NCBI GenBank assembly: GCA_045643185.1
Contig: JAZUKH010000083.1
Location: 1 to 49,649, forward strand
Length of the DNA stretch: 49,649 nucleotides
Direction: 5' to 3'
DNA from: Myxococcota bacterium
GTDB lineage: Bacteria; Myxococcota_A; Bradymonadia; UBA4248
The notes below the pieces were generated by a model. It was not told the DNA's origin. It saw nothing but the letters and a program-made list of their open reading frames with translations, and ran no database searches. Below, piece after piece: positions 19,276 through 30,300 of the stretch (position 1 is its first letter; each line of letters opens with the position of its first letter). A program made the translations under genes and the position numbers.

Positions 19276-20304
19276 ATGATGATCCTCAAAAAGTTATTTG
19301 CGATGTTGGCTGGCTCGACCCTGTTGATCTGCGGTCAGGCCATGGCACAGGACGCTACGCCCGCCCCTGCCGCAGCGCCTCAACCTGCTGCTGCCGCCAA
19401 AACGCTCCCAAACGGCGTCGCTATCCGCGATTGCGTCGCCCCCATCGAAGGCATGTCATGCATACCCGGTGGACCATTCCTGCGTGGCTCCGACAACGAT
19501 CCACACGTCAAATGCAATCAGGAAAGCTATAACCGCGCTTATTTCACCAAAGAACAAAAAGAAAAGAAAAACCACATCAATACGAATCCGCAACAGCAGA
19601 TCTGGATGCAGACCTATTATATGGATGTGACCGAAGTCACCAACGAGGCTTACCAGGCCTGCGTCAAAGCCAAAAAATGCGAAAAAGACGGTCCGAAATA
19701 CGTCGATTTTGACGCCCCCAAACAGCCGATCACCGGTCTGAGCTGGTACAACGCCAAAAAGTTCTGCGAAGCGCAAGGCAAGCACCTGCCAACCGAAGCC
19801 GAGTGGGAAAAAGCCGCACGCGGTGAAAACGGCGACATCTATCCGTGGGGCAACGACCCCGTTTCGTCGTGTGACAACGCCGTCATTATGGACGACAAGG
19901 GCCGTTCCTGCGGCGAGAAAAAGCGCAAAGGCACACATCCCGAAAAAGGCCGCGTGCTGGAAGTCTGTTCAAAAGGCAAATTCCGCTATGGCCTGTGCGA
20001 CATGATGGGCAACGCCGAAGAATGGGTCGCCGACTGGTACACGCCAAGCTACGAAGCCTGCGGCGCTGACTGCCAAGGCATCGATCCCAAAGGCCCGTGC
20101 CAGGGTGAAGAAGTGGACGGCCACAAATGCGGCCGCTATCGCCACAAAATTGCGCGCGGCGGCTCCTGGTACTGGGAACCCAACCACGCAACCGGCATTC
20201 ACCGCCGCTCACACGTGCCCAGCAACGACCCGGCGCACCACTTTGGCTTCCGTTGTGCCGCCACGGCCGACGAAATGGATAAACTCGTCAACGGCAACAA
20301 GTAA
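19276..20304 (+). CDS. Secreted SUMF1/FGE-sulfatase-domain (C-type lectin fold) protein
   Basis: IPGGPF..GS, TEVTN, LPTEAEWEKAARG, YPWG, GL.DM.GNAEEW, RGGSW, GFRC motifs; signal peptide ending AMA-QD. Confidence 0.92.
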   Translation: MMILKKLFAMLAGSTLLICGQAMAQDATPAPAAAPQPAAAAKTLPNGVAIRDCVAPIEGMSCIPGGPFLRGSDNDPHVKCNQESYNRAYFTKEQKEKKNHINTNPQQQIWMQTYYMDVTEVTNEAYQACVKAKKCEKDGPKYVDFDAPKQPITGLSWYNAKKFCEAQGKHLPTEAEWEKAARGENGDIYPWGNDPVSSCDNAVIMDDKGRSCGEKKRKGTHPEKGRVLEVCSKGKFRYGLCDMMGNAEEWVADWYTPSYEACGADCQGIDPKGPCQGEEVDGHKCGRYRHKIARGGSWYWEPNHATGIHRRSHVPSNDPAHHFGFRCAATADEMDKLVNGNK

Positions 20305-20307
20305 GCC

Positions 20308-21015
20308 ATGAAACGATTCATGACGCAGACCACCGATCTGCTTCACTGCACCGAAGGGGAGCCGTTCGAGCTCCCCAGTGATATCGCGCATCACGTCGTC
20401 GACGTGATGCGACTCGGCCCCGGTGACGAGATCGAAATTACGGATGACCTGCAAAACCTCGTCGTCGCGCGCCTCAAACGCGATGGACGCGCCGATTGCC
20501 AGTCGATTCAAAAAACCGCCGAGCTCAAACGCCGTTTTCGCGTCACCCTCGCGGTCGCACTCTTCAAATGGCCGCGCTTCGAATGGATGCTCGAAAAAGT
20601 CACCGAGCTCGGCGTCGATCGCATCATACCGGTCGAGTGCGAACGAAGCGTCGTCAAAGCCTCCGACTGGGACAAAAAAGCCGACCGACTGCAAAAGATC
20701 CTCGTTGAAGCCGCACGACAAAGTCTTAATCCAAAATTGCCGGTCCTCGAAAAACCACGTGCCTTCAAAGACCTGGTCGGCGCTCCCGACGTGCCACAAC
20801 TCTACTTTGCCCATTTGGGCCAGTATCGCACACTCGCCGACGCGTTGCCCAACTGGTCGGGCGATATCGCCTTCGTCATTGGGCCGGAAGGCGGCTTTTC
20901 ACCCAACGAAGTCACCACCCTCGAACACAACGCCACCCCCGTCTCGCTCGGACCCACAGTGTTGCGCGCCGAAACGGCTGCCGTCGTCTGTGCCGGCCTG
21001 CTCGCTCTGGGCTGA
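20308..21015 (+). CDS. rsmE: 16S rRNA m3U1498 methyltransferase
   Basis: H...VMRL, EK.TELGV, EAARQS, IGPEGGFS..E, SLG..VLRAETA motifs. Confidence 0.95.
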   Translation: MKRFMTQTTDLLHCTEGEPFELPSDIAHHVVDVMRLGPGDEIEITDDLQNLVVARLKRDGRADCQSIQKTAELKRRFRVTLAVALFKWPRFEWMLEKVTELGVDRIIPVECERSVVKASDWDKKADRLQKILVEAARQSLNPKLPVLEKPRAFKDLVGAPDVPQLYFAHLGQYRTLADALPNWSGDIAFVIGPEGGFSPNEVTTLEHNATPVSLGPTVLRAETAAVVCAGLLALG

Positions 21016-21045
21016 CACCTTGCCTCCCAAGCGGCAACCAAATTT

Positions 21046-21257
21046 TTGCCGTTATCGGCAAAAAACCTAACTTTTTATGCTAAATTATCGATAATCTTTG
21101 CCGATAACGGCATTTTTTTGCCGTTATCGGCAAAAAACCTAACTTATTTGTGATAAATTATCGATAATCTTTGCCGATAACGGCATTTTTTGCCGTTACC
21201 GACAAAAACCTAACTTATTTGTGATAAATTATCGATAATCTTTGCCGATAACGGCAA
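21046..21257. repeat. Three tandem 72-bp units, each bounded by inverted TTGCCGTTATCGGCAA / TTGCCGATAACGGCA sites
   Basis: Units start at 21046, 21118 and 21190; each has a central ATTATCGATAAT palindrome; an extra degenerate site lies at 21291-21306. Confidence 0.95.
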
Positions 21258-21329
21258 TTATTCATCGGACTCTATTTCAAGCAAAGTTTTTTGCCGATAG
21301 TGGCAAAGTCAACATAAGAGCTTTATCGT

Positions 21330-22214
21330 ATGAATTGGTTAACCGTCACAGACGTTGCAAAAAAGTGGAACATTTCTGAACGCTCGGTTCGAAATTATTG
21401 CGCTCAAGGGCGCATTTCAGGCGTGATGTTAGTCGGCAAAACCTGGCTAATACCGGAAAATGCACAAAAACCCAGACACATCCAGGCGGTTAAGACGCCA
21501 AACTCAATTTTGGATCGACTCCAAAGCGAAATGCGACAACAGATTTCGGGAGGACTCTATCACAAAACCCAAATCGAATTGACGTATAACTCGAATCACA
21601 TTGAAGGCAGTCAACTGACGCATGATCAAACGCGTTATATGTTCGAAACGCGTACGATCGATTCCAAAGAAGCACCAGCGCGTATTCTTGACATTATTGA
21701 AACGGTCAATCACTTTGCCTGCGTGAATTACGTGATCGAACATGCTCGTGTACGCCTAACCCAGTCGTTGATCAAACAACTTCACGCGATGCTCAAACAA
21801 GGAACAGATGACGGAACACGGCATGTTGTAATTGGACGTTACAAGGTCACTGCCAATGAAGTGGGTAATATAGAAGCGTCTTTGCCTAAGGACGTTTCCA
21901 AAGATATGTCTGCACTGCTCAAGCGATACAACGAACTCAATACGGTGACACTGGATGATATTCTCGATTTTCACTGGCATTTTGAAACGATTCATCCATT
22001 CCAGGATGGAAACGGACGCGTTGGACGCCTCATCATGTTCAAAGAGTGTCTTCATCATCATATCGTGCCGTTTATTATCGATGACGCTATGAAGATTTAT
22101 TACTATCGCGGTCTTGAGAACTGGCCAAATGAACGTGTCTTCCTTCGCGACACCTGCCTGGCAGCTCAGGACAAATACGCTGCTTGGATGCAGTATTTTG
22201 GTGTGAAAGACTAA
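21330..22214 (+). CDS. Fic-family protein with N-terminal HTH (excisionase/MerR-like) domain
   Basis: Canonical Fic motif HPFQDGNGRVGR; inhibitory-helix motif SNHIEG; N-terminal LTV.DVAKKWNISER.VR.YC..GRI.G...GK.W.IP; AT-richer than neighbours. Confidence 0.93.
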   Translation: MNWLTVTDVAKKWNISERSVRNYCAQGRISGVMLVGKTWLIPENAQKPRHIQAVKTPNSILDRLQSEMRQQISGGLYHKTQIELTYNSNHIEGSQLTHDQTRYMFETRTIDSKEAPARILDIIETVNHFACVNYVIEHARVRLTQSLIKQLHAMLKQGTDDGTRHVVIGRYKVTANEVGNIEASLPKDVSKDMSALLKRYNELNTVTLDDILDFHWHFETIHPFQDGNGRVGRLIMFKECLHHHIVPFIIDDAMKIYYYRGLENWPNERVFLRDTCLAAQDKYAAWMQYFGVKD

Positions 22215-22215
22215 C

Positions 22216-22244
22216 GTGGAGACGTGCGGACCGCACGTTTCCAC
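22216..22244. repeat. Free-standing GTAG-type REP
   Basis: GTGGAGACG-TGCGGACCGCA-CGTTTCCAC, same 9-11-9 format as the nested REPs. Confidence 0.8.
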
Positions 22245-22264
22245 GCAAAATACACCGATCGTCG

Positions 22265-24094
22265 TTATTCTACGCGGTAAAGCGCTTCCAGTTTGTTGGC
22301 AAAGAACTTCTCGACAGCACGGCGTTTGATTTTGAGAGCCGGCGTGAGTAAGCCGTTTTGGATCGAGAACGTTTCGAGCGTGATCGCAAAGCGTTGTGGA
22401 CGTTCATAACCGCGGAAATTATTGTCAACACGAGCCATGGCCTGAGCCATGGCCGCGCGAAGGTCGGGGTGCTCTTCGATCACAGATTTGGGCGCATTTT
22501 TGAGGTTGGGATGCGCGGCCATGAACTTGTTAAGGCAACTTTCAGACGGGTGCAGCAACGCAACGTTGCAGGGTTGACCAGCGCCAAAAACGACCGAAAA
22601 CTCGATCTCAGGTGCCGTGTTAAGAACGTTTTCGAGGGCGGCCGGCACGACGTATTTGCCGTTTTGCAGTTTATATTGCTCTTTGATTCGGCCTTTGATG
22701 TGAATGAAGCCCTGTGCGTCGATGTAACCTGTGTCGCCGGTGTGCAGTCGGCCACGCTCGTCGATGGCAGCCGCCGTCGACGCGTCATCATTGTGATAGC
22801 CTCGCATGACACAGTCGCTTGAGATCACGATCTCGCCGATCTTTCGATCATCGTCATCAAAACCTTCGAGTGGCTCGATCTCGACTTTGACGCCCGGCAG
22901 AGGCACGCCGACCGAGCCGATCTTGTCGGGATCGTAATTGATCGAGATAACGGGCGAGTGTTCGGTCATGCCGTAACCTTCAAACACGCGAACGCCGAAG
23001 TCCTCAAAAAAGGTCGCGACTTCGCGTGACAATGAGGCACCACCGCTCACACAAAATTTGAGCGAATTGCCAAAGGCGCCGCGGACTTTCGACGCAACGA
23101 GTCGGTCCATCACCTTGTACTCGATGCGTTCAGTCAGACTCAGCGGATGCTTACGGGCTTTGTGCATGATCGCCTGGGCGCGTTCAAACATGTGACGCAA
23201 CACGGCATTGTTCTCGAGTTTAAGGTTCACGACGTCGTAGATGCGATTAAAGATCTTGGGGACGGCACACAACACGGTCGGATTGACCTCGGTGAGGTTG
23301 ACCGCAATGGTCTTGGCGGATTCAGCCAACCCCACAGCAGCGCCCAGTGCCGGAAAAAGCGTCAAGTCGACGGTCTTACCAAAGCCGTGTGCCCAGGGCA
23401 GAAACGACAAAATTCGGTCTTCGCAGCCATAATCGAACATTTGGGCGCAGATCATGACGTTGTGCATGACGTTTTTGTGCGTAAGCTCGACGCCGTGTGG
23501 GCGGCTGGTGGTGCCACTCGTATAAATGATGTCACAAAGTTCGTCCTCATGCGCATCATCCCACGCGTCATCGATCGGCGTCTCTGCGTCAACGCGTTCC
23601 GCGAGCGTCTGGCCGTTTTGGGCGTCGATGACGAGAATCTGTTCAAGTCCGGCTGACTGCAAACTCTCAATCTTTTCACGAATGCCCTCATTACGCACGA
23701 TCGCGATCTTGGGCTGAGCATCGCCAAAGATAAAACGCCAGTCTTCGAGCGTCTGAACTTCGTACATGGGCACGACAACAGCCCCCAAGCCGTAAGCCGC
23801 ATAAATGGCTTCAGCGTAAATAATCGAGTTGTTGGCGATCATGGCAAGTCGGTCACCATGCCCCAGACCGAGTTTGCGAAGCAAGGAACGCATTTTAAGG
23901 ACGCGTTCGTAGAACGCCGCGTAGGTCATCCACTGGTACTGGCCGGCACGTTTTTCGCCAAAGAGCGGCCTGTCTGCATATCGATGCGCTGAACGACGGA
24001 TCATCGCTGAAAGCGTCGTCAGCTGAAGATCCTGGTTGTAGTGCATGATTTGTTTGGGATCGACTTCGTAGCGATTAAGTTTGAACGCAGCCAT
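22265..24094 (-). CDS. Long-chain fatty acyl-CoA synthetase (AMP-binding)
   Basis: IIYTSGTT..P.GV.LTH.N, SFLP..H, EGYGMTE, LHTGD.G, GR.K....L.NGK motifs; the start could alternatively be 24118. Confidence 0.93.
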   Translation of the reverse strand: MAAFKLNRYEVDPKQIMHYNQDLQLTTLSAMIRRSAHRYADRPLFGEKRAGQYQWMTYAAFYERVLKMRSLLRKLGLGHGDRLAMIANNSIIYAEAIYAAYGLGAVVVPMYEVQTLEDWRFIFGDAQPKIAIVRNEGIREKIESLQSAGLEQILVIDAQNGQTLAERVDAETPIDDAWDDAHEDELCDIIYTSGTTSRPHGVELTHKNVMHNVMICAQMFDYGCEDRILSFLPWAHGFGKTVDLTLFPALGAAVGLAESAKTIAVNLTEVNPTVLCAVPKIFNRIYDVVNLKLENNAVLRHMFERAQAIMHKARKHPLSLTERIEYKVMDRLVASKVRGAFGNSLKFCVSGGASLSREVATFFEDFGVRVFEGYGMTEHSPVISINYDPDKIGSVGVPLPGVKVEIEPLEGFDDDDRKIGEIVISSDCVMRGYHNDDASTAAAIDERGRLHTGDTGYIDAQGFIHIKGRIKEQYKLQNGKYVVPAALENVLNTAPEIEFSVVFGAGQPCNVALLHPSESCLNKFMAAHPNLKNAPKSVIEEHPDLRAAMAQAMARVDNNFRGYERPQRFAITLETFSIQNGLLTPALKIKRRAVEKFFANKLEALYRVE

Positions 24095-24218
24095 GTTCGT
24101 TAGAGGGCTCCTTCCCATGTGATTGAGATAAAACCAATTTTTGGCGCAAAGCGCTCCAAAGGGCTAGTGCACCAAGTTTGTACTTGTAACATTCAAATGT
24201 CATTAAAATGTCACGAAC

Positions 24219-24277
24219 AAAAAAAAGCCCCCCGTTGTAGAGACGTGCCAAGGCATATCTTTACAACGGGAGGCTTT
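24219..24277 (-). terminator. Terminator-like hairpin with a degenerate REP (24237-24264) forming its apex
   Basis: AAAGCCCCCCGTT-GTAGAGACG...TATCTTTAC-AACGGGAGGCTTT; the A run gives a minus-strand T tail after pilY1. Confidence 0.7.
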
Positions 24278-24307
24278 ACGAGTTTATTCAAACGATGAAC
24301 GTCGTGT

Positions 24308-27300
24308 TTATTCGTAGACACTCGCCCAGGAGAGGACCTGAGCCTGCGCCTGAATGGCTTCTTCGTTAATGGCCATAACTTCGACATCAGTGGATTGTCC
24401 CGGCGTGATGTCTTTCTTATTGGTCGTGCCATTTTTGTGAGAGGCATTGGTCGTGGCGCCTTCGACGCCAGCAGCCATACCGGTCTGTGCGACGAGCATC
24501 GGAGCCGCGACGGACGTGGTCTTATTCTCGTCGTCGTAGCAGGTACTCTGCGTCGTCATGGAGAGACCATAAACGATCGTGCCGGCACCGAGGTTAATGA
24601 AGCCGCCATTCGCGAATACTTTGTTCTTGAAGGACGAAGCTTCTTTACCATGGTCGACGCTCCCCGTAACGTCATCGAACTGAGACTGGTTCTGAACGCC
24701 TGTGGTTTTAACGCTCCAACGTGATTTACCGATATAACGGTCAGCATACCAAATGGAGGCAAAGCCGCTGTCGCAGACGACCTGTGCCTCGTCTTTGTCG
24801 AGGTCTGGCGCATTGTAGGTCGGGAAATACGTTTTGAAGTTGTAGGTGAACGGTGCGCCCATGAGCTTCTGACGCGGACGAATGCTGACAAGATTATCGT
24901 CATCTTTGCCGCCAGCGTCGCGTTTGGCCGCGCGTTCGCGCGAGCCGGGACCACCCCAACGTTCTGTCGCAGCACTCGGATCACTCGGAGCGCATGCCAC
25001 ACATTTGCCGCACGATTTCGCGCAGTCTGCAGCCACGTCGGATTTGTAGCAATCGCCCTTGGCAACCAGTGGTGAACAATATTCTTCAGACTTGTTGTCC
25101 TGGCAGTCGTCGGTGCAGATCTCGTAGTGTGGTAACACACACATAGATTTGCAAGAGGCATTATTGTCGATCGTATAAGCTTTGCCTTCATAACGCGGGT
25201 TGTCGGCAAACTCACACCAGAAACTTTGAGTTTTAATGCATTCGCTATTAGCGCACTTGCCATTCTCGTTGCATTGATAAGCATGTGCGTCGTCATACAC
25301 ATGATCAGACGAACCATCTTTGCAAACCGTGCCATTTCCGCCTGTATTACACTCGCCGTGTTCCACACACGGACAGGCATCGCCGGGACACAGCCCAGTC
25401 ATATCCTGACCGTCAAGCTCGTTTCCAGGCCAATGACAAACGACTTTCTTGCCAGTGTAATCGTCGTCTGTGTCGGGCGTCTGAACGCCGTCGCAAGCGC
25501 AACTGATGTAGTTATCGGTACAGACATCAATGGCTTCCGGATCACACTTGTCGACGCATTCTCTGAAGAGCTCGTTGTCGCAATTCAGGTAGCTGGCATC
25601 GGCTTTTTGGTACGTGCACCCAGACGAGTAGAGGTGCTTGGCTGAACTGCTGATTACACCATTATCCGCAGGCGCTTCGTCGGTGCAATAGAGGATGCAG
25701 TCGAGGAACTCGTATTGTGTGGAGGAACCATCGCTGTGTTTACAACGCTGCCAGTCGACGTATTCGGTCGTGTGGCAGTCTTGACCACCGCAATACGCGT
25801 CGCGTTTTGCTTTATCGGCTTCATATTTTTCATTGACTGTATTCCTGCAGACAGAAGCGTCTCTGTCATTTTTGCCACATTTATCTAATTCTCGGTTTTT
25901 ACCTTCTTCGCCGACACAAGTGCCATCAAAGATGCGCTTGTCTTCGCCACCGCCGCCTTCACCGCATTTCCAGGCAAAGCCCGTGTCGTAAGGCTTGCAG
26001 TAGTTGTAACAACGCGAGCAGTCCTGATCTTCCGGTTTGATTTTGCTAAGATCGTTGAGTTTTTGCAGACAGGACGTGTAGGTCTTGAAGCACTGTTCAT
26101 CAAAGTGATCTTCAAGACACTTGTCGCGGTCGTCAACGCAAGCCTGTTTACAGATGTCCATTTCGCCATCGCACTTTTCATCGCAAGCATGCTGCGTCGT
26201 AGCACAGGCATCGCCGCAAGTGTTGTATTCACTCATCGCCGAGTTTTCACAGGACTCATCATCGCAACTTTCAATCGGAATGTCCTCGCAGGCCTTCTGG
26301 CACATATCGATGGCATTCTGTTTACATTTCTTTTCATAGTCATCTGTTAAACAGGATTGATATTTATTTGGATCGCCTGTTGTATTCGTTTTAGGCAGGC
26401 ATAATGTATAGTCACAGTCTTTCCCCTCTTGAACGATATTGTTTACTAAACAACTGAGAAAACCTTCTGGGTTAAGAGGTTCAGTAACGCAGAAATATTT
26501 TTTAGTAAATGGCCCATCCCATAAGTACTCACATTTTCCGACGTGTTTACACTCGTTTTCGCACGCTTCCTTACTGCTCCATTTTTCCATTTTTTCACTT
26601 TCAGTCTTAAATAACCACCAGTTCTTTTCTTTCGTAACGCTCTTTACACAATAAGACCCTGGACCAAGCTTTTGTTTACATTTACCACTATCCTGGCTAC
26701 AGTTTCTTATACAAGAATTTTTAGACTCATACTCTTTGCCTTCACCACGGCATTGCCAAACGGTATTTTCGTCCACTTGATTCGCATCTTTGCATTCATC
26801 AACGCACTGCGAAATATCTTCGTCGTAATTTCTGGTTTTACAGTCATTTTTACAGGCCTGAACCTTTTGGTCCTTTTCAGCTTTGTGTTGTTCTTCGCAT
26901 TTTGTGACTTCGTCAGCGCAAAGCTGCTGGTTCTCACTGAGTTTTTTGCCGCAATCTTCGCGGCAGAGTTCGCCGGACATATCGCAGACAGAGGCGCAGA
27001 GTTCGTCGTGTTTGTTTCGGCATTCGTTACCGCACGGGCAGAAGTCGCAGCCTTGGCACTTGGTGCGGTCACACATGGACGAGTTGCAGGAAGCATCGCA
27101 ACCACTCTTATCGTCGATGCCGTTGCACTGGAAGCAGTTAGCTTCGATGTTACAGGTGATGAGGGCGCCCTCTTCGTAGCAGTTCTTGGAACACAACTCG
27201 GTTCCCTGACCACAACAAGACGGGCATTGACCGTCTGACTGGGGCTGGTCGCAACCGCCATTGTTTTGGCAGGTATTGATCTCGTCATTCTCAATGTCGT

Positions 27301-30300
27301 GCGGATTAACAGCTTTGGAGACAACGATCTCGAAGAGCTGTTTGCCGATATCGGTCTCGAAAGTCTGGAGTTTCCCATCCGTCGAGTGAATACCGGGCGT
27401 GGGGTTAAAGACAAGCACGAGTGGTTTGAGATTACGCGTCGAGGCGTTGGTCGCCTCGGGATAGAGGTTGTTAAGATGATATTTTTTGTCCGTCGCGTTG
27501 TAGTGATCGACCATGATGGCGACGTAGTTGAGTGACTGGGCACCGATAGAGACGTTGCTGCTGTCGCCGCTGCCGAAGGCGATCTGAATGTCGGGATACC
27601 CCGTGGTCGTGAGCGCCGAAACAGCCGGTTTGTAGGTCATCTTTTCATAAGACGAGTTGTCGGGGTTAAGCGCTTTGATGTTGTTGGGATCAAAGATCGG
27701 CACCACTTTATCGCCGTCATAGTTGAGGGCGGTCTGATCCCAGTCATCAAAGTCGCCCGAAATATCGATGCGGTGCAGAGCGCCTTTTTCATCGCCGACA
27801 TAGATGAGACGCGCGATGGCGTTGAAGCCAGCGGGGAAGACGGCAGGCGTGCCGGTGATCTGGGTGTCAAAATTGAACGCCTTGACAAGCAAGTGATCTT
27901 TGTCAGCCGGTTTGAGTCGAACAATGTAGACGGCCTTACCCGTGATGTCGTCACCGCCTTTGCCCATACCACCTGAAATAATGGCGACCGGTTCAACGAC
28001 GTTGTTGACGATGACGTTGGTAATCACCGCTTCGGGGTAAGATTTACCCATACGAAGGAACGGATACTTGTCGATCAGACCAGCTTCTTTGTCTTTGGTG
28101 ATCACTTTTTCTTCGTCGATGGGCGGATAGTCAACGGCTGTACCTGGCTGCCACTGGTGATCGATCTCCCAGAGGATCTCGGGCTTTTCAGGATCGGTCA
28201 CATCAAGAGCGTAGTAGCCACGGTCAGCGTCGCGGAAGCCGCCCACGAGGATGCTTCGCCATTCGTACGTGACGTGCCCGGCGCTGTCGCGCACAGGCAC
28301 ACGCACGTCGGCCGTGACCGGCGTCGCGTTGATCATCGGTGTGCCTTCAAACTTCGTGAGTTCATGGATCTTGGGCAACACGCGTTTTGGCATGAAGGCC
28401 CAGACTTCTTCACCTTCGTTCTGTTGATTGGACTCACTCGGCGTTTCAAGTTTCGGGCTATTTGTAAAGAGCTTGTGGTAATCGGCATCGGTATCGTTTT
28501 TGCCGAGCACAAAGGCGTGCAACATACCGTCATTCGTGGGCATGTAGAGCATCGTGTCGCGGTTGCCGTATTGGTTTTTGAACGACATGTATTCGGTACT
28601 CTTATACATGTAGGAAGGCGGCGGCACGACGACGGGCGAAGCATACTCGATGGTACCAAGGGGAATACTGGAAACGAGGTCACGGATATCGCCATTGTTG
28701 AGCACGCCGGTCACACACGAACCGAGGTGGCAGACCTCGTTGTCGCTGCAGTCTTCGTGTTTGGAACAAGCCCCGCCTTTGTCACGACACTGCGTGTTGA
28801 GGCAGACTTGGTTGCCGCTGCACGTGCTCGTGCAGTAGTCGCCATTGGTTTCGGGAATGCACTTGCCCTGATCGCAGGTGTAGAGCGCACTGGAGTCACC
28901 GATGGCGTTCATCTTGGCGATGCAATCGACGTTCGTCACGCATTCATAAGGCGAAATGATGTAATCTTCGAAAGCAGAGTCGCCACTCGTAATGTATGTT
29001 TCCTTCGTTTTTTTGAGGGCATCCTCGAAGCCGACGTTTTTATCAAAAAACTTGTAGGTATCGAGCTTGGTGGATTTTTCATCTGGTTTATATTGAATCT
29101 GTCCAGCTTTTTCATTCGAAATGTGAATGATCTCGGGATACAGGGCGTAACGTCCTTTGGTGAGGCTTTCACTTGTGCTGGAATAGTCCCCGACGAAGAT
29201 GGCGCGGTTCGTGATGCAGTTACCATCGCTTTGGCAGCCGCCTTCGTAATTGCCAGCGCTGTTTTGAACGCCTTCAAGACGCGTACGGAGTTTTTTGGCC
29301 ATGTCGATCGACAAGTTTTTGTCGAATTCGAAGCTCCCCTTACGGCAAACGAAGGCTTCGCGCTGCAAGTCGGTGCGTTTGATCGCGCCAAGCGCGACGT
29401 TGTAGCCCGAATAAATGTTGTACCAGCCATTGGTCGGTTTGGAATTGTATTTCGTCGTCTGCTTACCGACCGCTGTCGTCGTCACCATTTTTGACTTCGA
29501 CACGTAGCCTTCACTGAGTTCGTTGAGGATCTGCGTGATGGATTTTCGCAGCGCGTCACCTTCGATGGCGTTGTAATAACAGGGGTCGACTTTGCGCTCG
29601 TCACCGTCGTATTTACCTTTGATGTAGGCGGTGAGATATTTGTCAAAAGCAGCTTTATCATCAGGATCGATCAAGTCGCCGATGTGACCGTATTTGTGAC
29701 AGGTGCCGCCTTTCCATGCGATCAGGTTCATAACGCCGTCGACACAGTCATTTTTACTACCATCCCAACTGATATTATCCAGACATTGCATGACGCCGAC
29801 GTCACTTGCATTTTTATTATATGTGCTTCGTCCGGGACCGAATTTGGTAATATCTTTTTCACCCTGAGCATAAAGCACAGAGTAAATTGTCATATTAGAG
29901 TTTTTTTGTCTCAAGCTCGAGACGACTTTATCCATTTCGCTCACGCGCTTACCATTAGCGATCTTTGCGCTTCGGTCATATTGTGCCGGTGACCCATCGG
30001 TCATAGCGATAACGGCTTTTTTACGACAGGACCATTGTGGATCGGTCAAATATTCAATTTGGCTCGAATTGGAATATTTGGTCCCCGATTTAGGCTGTTT
30101 GAGCAACCCCTGATCAACTTTACTCTCGTTATTGAACATATACCCGAGATCTTCGAGGTAGCCGGTGACCGGCGTCTGCATACTTGTGAGCGTGTAGCTT
30201 CGAAGATTGTTAATGAGAGCCAAATTGCTTTTACGCACAATTTCATCGTCGTCAGAAGGCGTCGGATAGATCGTGGGACTTGGTCCGTTGATAACCGCAT

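Noticed and set aside
19276-20304. Diversity-generating retroelement target (CLec-fold FGE domain)
   Set aside because: No reverse transcriptase, avd or template-repeat copy of the 3' end is seen in the window, and rsmE follows 3 bp after the stop. A remote TR cannot be excluded.
21046-21257. CRISPR array
   Set aside because: Intervening segments are near-identical rather than unique spacers, the sites alternate in orientation, and no cas genes are present.
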